This document shows, in pieces, positions 54,701 through 64,000 of a DNA stretch of 64,000 nt (position 1 is the stretch's first letter; the number at the start of each line of letters is the position of its first letter). Origin of the DNA: Octopus sinensis (taxonomy: Eukaryota); the NCBI RefSeq assembly GCF_006345805.1, contig NC_043011.1, forward strand, positions 15,326,464 to 15,390,463. The letters run 5' to 3'. The notes beneath the pieces were generated by a model, which saw only the letters and a program-made list of their open reading frames with translations, was not told the DNA's origin and did not search any database. The position numbers were made by a program, and so were the translations under genes.

Positions 54701-55199
54701 TTGGCAGTGCTATCGAGACGCACTACCTGTTCGAGAGAAGAGCTACAGACACGGTTCGAAAACCATCACCGGACCGACCTGCCCGAGATGCGGTCAGAGC
54801 GACGAAACCGTTCTGCACGCACTCGTGCAGTGTCCAGATATTTCAGAGCTGTGGTCCTTCGTCGAACAGCTGTTGTCACGTGTAGGTCAGGCTCGCCTAT
54901 CGGCCGAGTCTATTGTGAATATTGTTCCACCACCTTCCTTTAAACGGGAAGGGAAAACGGTTTTCGTTACGCTGATGGCTATGGCGAAAGAATGTGTGTG
55001 GTGGACGCGTTTGAAAGGACTGCAAACAAACACCTTCCTCTCTGGTCAGTCTCTCGTCAACTTTTTCAAGTACCACTTGAAAAGGAGGATGAGAATAGAG
55101 AGGAAGGCTTTGTCGAACGAATGTTTTAATAAAAAGTGGGTAAAAGTGGCAAAAATGGTCAGTATGAAAGACGACACTATTTTAAGCATAAATCTGTAA
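51747..55199 (+). CDS. Tx1 ORF2: APE endonuclease + reverse transcriptase + C-terminal CCHC, disrupted by two indels
   Basis: APE motifs CVNARGL, ISETR, VYAPS, GDWNATLD, YLDRI, TDH; GYWKLN; RT motifs KSPGLDG, FRPITLLN, DQSKAFDRVDH, RQGCPLS, YADD, LLGV; LSLKGR; GGLG; CPRCGQSDETVLHALVQC. A +4 insertion near 54232 and a -1 deletion near 54549 restore the frame, but a stop at 54384-54386 lies between them. Confidence 0.95.
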
Positions 55200-55378
55200 C
55201 CAAAAGAGACAACGAGAAGTAAGGCGACTTACTCATGTGTTCTTTTTCGAACTGCCTGAGGTGACCTTGGTCTTTTTTGTAGGTTTTTCTTTCCAAGACT
55301 ACACCTAAACTGTGAACCTTATATATATATATATATTGCTTTTTTATACACCACACAACCCACAGATCCCTATTGATC

Positions 55379-55413
<35 letters not shown>

Positions 55414-55513
55414 CTTCTTGCCCCACCCATCCCACCACGAAAAGAAAAAATTCTACATTGTATTTCGTCCATTTTTATTCTGTGTTTAGCCCTGTGTGGC
55501 TACAATAAAAAGT

Positions 55514-56103
<590 letters not shown>

Positions 56104-56105
<2 letters not shown>

Positions 56106-57514
56106 GTCAACACCCGTTAAAAGGAGGACTGGGCATGCCGTGGTTGATGATGCGCAGACAAGCGCTGAGACTGCGACATCCCAGGCTCTTCGTTGACGAC
56201 GGTGAACAGGTGTGGTCGCCGTTTGTGAGGCATGCTTTCCCGCAGCTCGTCTCCATGACCGAACAGCAGTCGTGGATCAAAAAGAGGCCGAGGAAGGGCG
56301 AATGGCACCGCGAGTGTCGCGTTGCTCTCAAGCAACTCTGCCGTCCTGGGTCGACCTTGAGTGACTTCAACACAACCAAAGCATTCTATAGGAGATTAGT
56401 GGAGGGGAGGTACGACGACGAGCTCGGGGCGAACCTGGACGTCGACGAGGAGTACCTGACCCGCCTGTTCGGGACGACTTTCGGGCCAGGGCCCATGGAC
56501 AACTTCCAGAGATCCCTGACCTGGCAGTGCTACCAAGAAGCGCTACCCGTTCGGGATAAGCTCTACAGACACGGCTCGAGAAACACGGGGCCGACCTGCC
56601 CGAGATGCGGTCAGAGCGACGAAACCGTTCTGCACGCACTCGTGCAGTGTCCAACAATTCCCGACCTGTGGGCTTATGTCGAACAACTGCTGTCACGTGT
56701 GGGACGAGTCGGTTTATCAGCTGAGTCTATCGTCAATATTGTCACGGCTCCTTCCTTCAAACGGGAAGGAAGAGCTATTTTCATAATTCTTGTGGCTATG
56801 GCGAAAGAATGTATCTGGTGGACGCGTCTGAAAGGATTGGAGACAAACACTTTCCTCTCTGGTCAATCTCTCATCAACTTCTTCAAGTACCACTTGAAAA
56901 GGAAAGTGAGAGTAGAGAGGCAAGTTTTGTCTAGCGAATGTTTTAAAAAAAGATGGGTGAATGTAGCAAGGATGGCACGTATGAATGACGAAGCCACCTT
57001 GAGCATAATCCTATGAACCCAGAAATTGAAAACAGAGGGTTACCCACTTGCAAACAAATGTGGTAACATATAACAATATTGACCAAGGTTACCGTGGTCT
57101 TTTTCGTAGGCTTTTCTTCCCACGGATAAACCTTACTTGCTTTCCCCTTTACACCATATATCATAACAATGTGATACACGATCCCTATTGATCGTTTTTT
57201 GTTTTTTTTCCTCTTCCCATTTTCCCCCCTTTTTCTTTTTTTCATTTCTCTTTTCTTTTGTTCCTTTTCCTTTTTTTCCTTTTCCTTTCTTTTTTTTTAT
57301 TCTTCTTTTCTTTTTTTTTATTTTACTTTATTTAAAAAAAAAATTTTTTTTGTTCTTTTCTTCCCTTTTACGATCCCCCTTGATCGAAAACTTACGCCAC
57401 CCCCCTTTTTTTGTTTCTTTTGTTTTTTGTTTTTTTCATCCCCCAAAAGAAAAGCTCTACCTTGTAACTTGTCCCATCTGTGTGCAGCCCTGTGTGGCCA
57501 ATAAAGAAGCTTTT

Positions 57515-57515
<1 letters not shown>
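56104..57515 (+). mobile_element. 5'-truncated Tx1 copy 2 (ORF2 C-terminus + 3'UTR)
   Basis: Homologous to copy 1 from 54285 onward; encodes GGLGMPWL and CPRCGQSDETVLHALVQC; AATAAA at 57500-57505; (CTAT)n on both sides. Confidence 0.95.
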
Positions 57516-57561
<46 letters not shown>

Positions 57562-57694
57562 GTCCATCTATCTATCTATCTATCTATCTGTCTATCTATC
57601 AATCTATCTATCTATCTACCTACCTACCTACCTACCTACCTAACTATGTATGTATGTATGTATGTATGTATGTATGTATGTATGTATCTATCTA

Positions 57695-57768
<74 letters not shown>
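57516..57768 (+). repeat. (TATC)n/(TACC)n/(TATG)n compound microsatellite, 3' flank of Tx1 copy 2
   Basis: Direct reading. Confidence 0.95.
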
Positions 57769-58464
57769 GATGAACACGTTATCTATAGTAATTGGCATGT
57801 TCTGCCAGGTGATAAGTAATTCTTTGAGCTTATTTTGATTAGAGTTATAGGATGAAAAGTAACTCTACATTAATGCATTTATCTGTAGGACGCCAGAAAG
57901 TTACGAAATACTTCGCATGCGTTGTCACTCGGGAACAGACGCTGTTGCATATAGAGTGAGATAGATTAGATATAAAATGACTGAGAGTTAAATTCTTGAA
58001 TAAGCGTCTCTATTCTACAGATGGTAAGTTTCGTTGTGTTTTGAAAATAGTAATCGTAACTCGAAGTATTTCAGTTGGTATTACTCTCAGGAATATATGC
58101 CAAACTGTTTGAACTCTTATTCCACATTGGAATAAGGTAACAATATGCCAATCAAATGTATCTTGTGCTGAAAATCTCTTCCATATATCATCCTCAATTT
58201 CGGTCTTAAACAGGATGATGATTATAAAGAAATAAGTCATTTTTCATGCAATTATTTTACTGTTTCGTTGGTGACTATTTTGTTGGAGTAAGAAAACAAA
58301 ATCACTCATAGTTTATCTTTAAATATACTTGGAACAGAATTAACTTCACTTAAAATAACCTGAGGACCAGATGGTTGCTATTAGCTGAGTAGAAGATCGA
58401 AACTCACAACGAAGGCCAAATTAATTTCAAATAGAGAGGATTCAGAATATTTTCCGTCGGCCGA

Positions 58465-58886
58465 ATCTTTTCGGTTTGAACGGCAGTTTTTAACATAATT
58501 TCTAGGTAACTAAAAAAATTTTAACTTCGTATACTGGTATAATGTGTTTATAGAACATCTTTTTCTCTTGGCTTTATTGAGAAAATTCTATAGTTTGTAA
58601 GATATTTGTTGTTTCTTTTCTTCAATTTCTGCAATTTCAACCAATCAGATACGTCTATTGAGGTAAAAAAAAAAACATTCTGTGCCGTATGAATATGTCC
58701 CTCGTTTAAGAAACAGATTGGGTTTATTTACATTTGTGAAGAAAAAAATACCGTTCCCCCCACCCATAACCCTAACCCTAACCCTAAAATAGATTGAAAT
58801 GCAATAGATCGATACTAGGGTCATAATTATGGGTGACAATTTCATATGAAACCGCAAGAAAAAACTGCCGTTCAAACCGAAAAGAT
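58465..58886. mobile_element. TIR MITE with internal (TAACCC)n, copy 2 (longer)
   Basis: Same TIRs and body as 34140-34450 plus about 120 bp extra. Confidence 0.8.
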
Positions 58887-59652
58887 ACTCTTATTCTCCA
58901 GGCTACGTTCCACTAGAAATTACGATAGGAAAAACCTCTCAAATGTGCCACGTAGTGGGTTCGAACTCAAATCAAGTGATCGTCAAAAGAAATTTTTAAG
59001 CACACTGTCTTGTCTGCACCAATTCAAATCAGATATGAGTGAAAGATCTTTACCTGCCTTTAGCTGTTTAGTGTTATCGTCAGTCTAGACTTGTAGACTT
59101 TGGCAAGTTTTCAATAAAATAATTTATGTGTATTACCATAATCAATGGTACTTAACATTTCCTTGCTGTGGAACATATGATTATATTTTGAAAATATTTT
59201 CAACTCATCAAATATTTAATTTCCTAATCTTCTCGATGTGAATAACTAAATAAAAAAATATTGTAACGGTTGTTATAGAAATTAGAATTATTTACTTAAT
59301 GGGCTGATTTAATCATATTAATAGTAATAAACCATTTTTTTAGTACACACACAGACGCATGGACACTAACACGCGCACGCATATAGCATTTATTTATTTA
59401 TTTATTTATTCAAAATTACGTATTTTGTTAATAAAATTGTCATTGGTTAAAGGTTTCAAGTGAATCTAACATCATTTCATTACATTTCTGATCGTTAGTG
59501 TAAGAAGGCTTTGACGGTGAAACTCGCGCGGAATACATATCTACCGGAATTTTATTCGATGTACCGATTTCTCAGTATTCCCATAAATATTTATAACTTT
59601 CGATGATGCACGCTTCTTGCGCGCACACACACACCGACACATACACGCGCCC

Positions 59653-59690
<38 letters not shown>

Positions 59691-60549
59691 ACACACACAC
59701 ACACACACACACGAAATATGTCTTTGAAGCTGAAACTTCACGAACGATAATTCTTAGTTCCGCTCTTGAGGTCTGCAAGCAAATATAGAAATAATGCAAA
59801 AAAAGAATTATATTTTTATATATGAAATAAATAACTTAGCGTGCAAGATATATGTAAATATAAACAACAAAAGAGTTCTTCAATTACTTGGAGTGTTTTA
59901 GAGTATTATACGTGTATGTACGGTGTGCAATCGTAAAGAAGTTTTTGATATTTCTATAAAAATTTTGATTTAAGGAAACAGAACGTTAGCTCAGATCAAG
60001 GATTCCGTATGGATCTCCAATAGAACAATATATTCAACTTTTCGGGAATCTAAAGGTTCAAACCATTGCTAACTTGCACATAAGGTTTGATGTATTCTAT
60101 TACATTTTAAATGATATAAGGCTTCTGATAATTCTATCACGAAAAGTCCACATATATTTAGATGTTTCTTCAATTTTTTGTAAGTATACCTCTGCCGATT
60201 TCCTTACGTATAACAAGTCCGATTTTAAGGCAAATACTTTTCTTACATTACTAGCAAACATTAATATCAAATTCATAAACATGTTTACTCATAAAACCCT
60301 TCTCGCTCGTGTGTTTTACTCTCGAAAATATCTCTTAAATAAATTTTGTCTTTCAATTCCATTGTTTAGCGCACGGTTACGAGTCTGTAAACAATACTGG
60401 TTTAACTGAAAATCCTTTACAGTTAAAATACATTCAGAATATGTTTACTAGTAACCACCAATATGAATATAAATATATCAGGTAATCGACTTGTCTCTTC
60501 CATATTATTTTCGCTATTTTTCATCTCCTTAACTTCGACGATATTTAGA

Positions 60550-60749
60550 ATGTTTCAGGTATGAGGGTTGTCCGTTATTTACATTATTTATATTATTTAC
60601 ATTCGACAGATCTTTGTCCTCATCTTGTTTGTTGTTAACACAACGTTTCGGCTGATATACCCTCCAGCCCTCTTCAGGTGTCTTGGGGAAATTTCGAACC
60701 TGGGTTCTCATTCGTAGGGTATTTTTCAATGTTATTATTATTATTATTA

Positions 60750-60782
<33 letters not shown>

Positions 60783-60873
60783 TATTATTATTATTGTTCG
60801 GGTCACTGCTTGCAATCGAACTCGGAACCTTGGTATTTGTAGCCCGCACTCTTAACCAATACGCCATATGCCC
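60550..60873 (-). mobile_element. tRNA-headed SINE with (AAT)n linker and hammerhead-containing tail
   Basis: Head 60873-60799 GGGCATATGGCGTATTGGTTAAG...AGTTCGATTGC (Pol III A/B boxes), then (AAT)n, then a tail with the HHR at 60637-60682. Confidence 0.75.
60637..60682 (-). ncRNA. Minimal type I hammerhead ribozyme motif, intact core
   Basis: Minus strand: GACAC-CUGAAGA-G-GGCUG(GAGGGUAUAU)CAGCC-GAAAC-GUU-GUGUU. Stem I GACAC/GUGUU, 5-bp stem II, loopless self-complementary stem III (AACGUU). Confidence 0.8.
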
Positions 60874-61162
60874 GTGACTTGAACACTAACAACAACAACA
60901 ACGACGACGACGACAACAACAACAACAACAACAACAATAATAATAATAATATCAACAACAACAACAATGACAATTATAATGATAATATTAACATCGAAAA
61001 ATACCTCAGGAATGGGAACCAGGTTCGAAATTTCCCCAAGACACCTGAAGAAAACTGGAGGGTCTATCAGCCGAAACGTTGTGTTAATAACAAACAAGAT
61101 GAGGACAATTATCCGTAGAATATAAATAATGTACATAATTCCTCATCTCATACAGAACTGTA
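60874..61162 (+). mobile_element. Head-less inverted copy of the same SINE (linker + tail)
   Basis: Begins at GTGACTTGAACA (last bases of the head), followed by (AAC/GAC/AAT)n and the tail with HHR 61040-61085. Confidence 0.7.
61040..61085 (+). ncRNA. Hammerhead motif, same family, stem II base mutated
   Basis: GACAC-CTGAAGA-AAACTG...CAGCC-GAAAC-GTT-GTGTT; two A-C mismatches at the base of stem II. Confidence 0.6.
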
Positions 61163-61828
61163 TGAGGGATGTTGCAATTTTTTCATTACCTACTTTCATA
61201 TTTCCAGAAGAATTTAATGGAAGCACTATACAAGATAAAGGAGTCATGTTATTGGTTGGATAGCTGCATGACATAAAAAAGGTCTATATTTACTCGTGAT
61301 AATCTAGGTACTTGAAGCAGTTAACGAAAGCACGCAATAAGTTACTAGGTCATTCTTGCGAATGACGGCTAAGCCATATCTATACATGTATATATATAAG
61401 CGCGCACACCTACATGCATATACATGGACACATATGTGTGTCAACGTCATCAATTCAACCATGTTGCTATTCCAGTCACCCCTATCGTCAACCTACCTAT
61501 ATATAATATGACAATACATAGTCTGTCTCGGCAACATTCACTGTTATCTATTAATTGATTCACCTATGTCTCCGCAAGTCAATTAATGCAATCACAATTT
61601 CAAGTCTTTCAAAGAGGATTGCTACAAACTACCAACTGTTTTTTCTCAGTCATCCTCAACAATGCAACCTTTTCTTCCTTAAGTGAGATCTTGTAATTTA
61701 GAAAGCTTATTATACGCTATTTGATGGAGTAGTTTTCCTCTACATATACACGAGTGCACCCATGCATGTGTAGATGTCATCTGGCATAGTTTCAAACTTC
61801 CATATCGCACTACATTTCACTACGGTTT

Positions 61829-62745
61829 CGCGCACGGCCTGGGACACGGCTGTGAGCACGGCTACGCGCACGGCGATGAACACGATCTCCTGCAACAAAC
61901 GCATAACACACTGACACACACACTCGTGCAGGATACAGCAGCCTACTCGCCGGCCTGAGATAGCGACGTTCTGACTACAGTTGAAATGCAGCTCGCCACT
62001 GGCAACAGGGTGGCAGCGGTGAAGCTGCGAAAAGGTGTCGGAATGCGGCGGCGATTCATGCAGCCGACTTTTCCACCCTACACTCTTCACGAATGTCGGA
62101 GACACTATGAAATGCGACAGTCATCATCAGCATAGTTATTCCCCCGCAGCTGATCCGTATTCGTGAGCTACCACGAACCCCGGGGAATCCAGGAACGAAA
62201 GCAAAACAACGAGCACGTACGCGCTCACGTCTACGTGGGCGATGACGGCAGTGAGTGCGACGGCAAACACAAGTGCGAGTGCAACTGTCATCACGACTGC
62301 CTGCACAGTGACGGGCACGACCAAAGACATGGGCACGGACACGGACACATCCATGAGCAGGGCGGCGAGTATTGCTATGAGCACCGCGCCCGGCGAGGAG
62401 TGCATAACACACGGACACACGCACACTGAATCCGGCAATCGATATGCTGGTCGGGGATAGCGAGGTGCCGGCGATGAGCTGCTGGGCATCTGTTGCCAGA
62501 AGGACGGTTGCGGCAAAGCTCGGAGCAGATGCAGGAACCGGACACTAGTACGGCCATGAGCACGCTGCTGGTGAGAAACGTCTAACACACAGACACGCAC
62601 ACTCGATCTAGATCCAGCAACCGATGCGTAGCCAGGAATAGCGACGTGCCGGCTGCGGACGGCCTGCCGCTCGCCGCTGGCTGCAGCTCGCCGCTGGCTG
62701 CAGCTCGCCGCCGGCTGCAGCCACATAGCGGTGAAGTGCGAGAAA
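61829..62745. repeat. GC/CpG-rich region of three diverged units with 12-bp sub-periodicity
   Basis: Shared anchors (G/A)ATAGCGA(C/G)GT at 61959, 62456, 62637 and GCGGTGAAG at 62016, 62728; NNNCACGGCNNN repeats. Confidence 0.7.
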
Positions 62746-62748
62746 TTA

Positions 62749-63020
62749 TACGAAATTTTATCTGCTATTTACTAAAAATAAGCAGAGGTTGAACAACTGC
62801 TTTATCTATCGATACAGTCTCCTTTATTTTCGAAGAACTTCTTCCAGCGGTTCACAAACTCGCTTATTCCATCGGAGAAGAAGGTTTTCGGCTGGTTGCG
62901 CAGCTTTTATGCACTGCTTCCTGCGGTTCTTCGCTCGAAGCAAATCGACGCCCTTGTAAAAAAATGTTTGAGAAGGCTAAAGAATTGATAATCAGAAGAG
63001 GCGAGATGTGGACTGTATGA
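62749..63020 (-). pseudogene. Mariner transposase C-terminal remnant with end
   Basis: SYSPHLASSDYQFFSLLKHFLQGRRFASSEE...FFSDGISEFVNRWKKFFENKGD; ends at TA. Confidence 0.85.
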
Positions 63021-63029
63021 CCTGGGCAA

Positions 63030-63159
63030 GATGAGTCCAAACAACTAGAGACTTAATTTTATCGGTTTCTTTTTGTCGAACCGCTAAGTTACGAGGACGT
63101 AAACAAACCAATATCAGTTCTTAATCGGCGACGGGAGGGACAAATACACACCCCAACAC

Positions 63160-63204
<45 letters not shown>

Positions 63205-63375
63205 ATATATATATACGGTAGGTTTTTTTAGTTTCCGTTAACTAAATCTCACAAGGCTTTGTTCGGCGGCCTGAGGTTATAGTGGAAGACACTTGCGCAA
63301 TATACCACGCAGTGGAACTGAACCCGGAACCATATGGTTTGGAAGTAACCTTCTTACCACACAGACACGCCTGCG
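63030..63375 (-). mobile_element. CORE-type tRNA SINE (OR-like)
   Basis: Homology to 9396-9810. Confidence 0.75.
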
Positions 63376-64000
63376 CGTAATATGCATGGACCACGCCCCC
63401 CAGACTTATACATATGAATATCAAAACTCCGTTTAAATTGTCTCAAATAATTCATATATATAAATACAAGAACAAATATAAATGAGTTTATACAGTTCAT
63501 ATATAGGTGTGAACACGAAGTACCTAATAATAAATATAAAGTAAGTAGGTCGTAAACATTGTAATTCACTCTGTTGATAGAATTAACTATGAATGTAAAT
63601 AAGAAATTTATTAATAGATGTTGAATGTAGCTGGAAGGCTGTATTATATTAAGAACATACGAATTACTTTCTATAAACTTTGCCACCATATTTAGACTAA
63701 TTCGTCAAGAAGTAATTCAAATCTAAACAACTATTTGTAAAGAATTTATTTTATGTACTTTAAAGTAAAAATGTGCAAAATGAATAAAAAGAAGAAATGA
63801 AACAACAATAATAATAACAATAGCAACAAAATAATATTCATTTTATAAAGCTTTGTAGTCTCAATAGAATATAGTTTTGGCCACTATTTCTCAGTCTTCT
63901 GTCACTAGCACGTAAAAGCCTCACACTTACTCTTCACAATTTCCAATATTTCTTCTCAGTGTGTGAAAACTTCAGCAAGTGAATTTCTATCATAGATTCG

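Larger units (their letters stand above)
49614..55513 (+). mobile_element. Near full-length L1/Tx1-clade non-LTR retrotransposon (copy 1)
   Basis: Starts TGACGGATG right after (CTAT)n. About 200 nt 5'UTR, ORF1, ORF2, T-rich 3'UTR, AATAAA at 55504-55509, then (TATC)n with no poly(A). Confidence 0.95.

Overview
AT-rich, microsatellite-dense eukaryotic DNA. The tRNA-derived SINE families resemble, from recall, the octopus OK and OR1/OR2 types, so the source is probably an octopod cephalopod and the window probably intronic or intergenic. No host gene can be named; only a few weak splice-bounded exon candidates were seen. Most six-frame ORFs are translations of simple repeats. The coding content is transposon-derived: (1) a near full-length L1/Tx1-clade LINE at 49614-55513 (frameshifted ORF1 with a CCHC knuckle; ORF2 with APE, RT and C-terminal zinc motif) plus two 5'-truncated relatives; (2) remnants of Penelope-like (RT + GIY-YIG), R4/Dong-like (RLE), RTE, CR1/L2 and mariner elements; (3) a non-autonomous Helitron, MITEs and many SINEs. 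Two systems stand out. First, minimal type I hammerhead ribozyme (HHR) motifs occur in at least three unrelated short-element families, including a tRNA-headed SINE with an (AAY)n linker and an HHR tail that sits next to an inverted tail copy at both loci, and a 302-bp tandem unit whose HHR core is CUGUNGA. Second, all three Tx1 copies are flanked on both sides by same-orientation (TATC)n with no poly(A), suggesting a GATA-microsatellite-targeted LINE. Coordinates were read by eye, and boundaries of decayed elements are approximate. Whether these systems are already described could not be checked.
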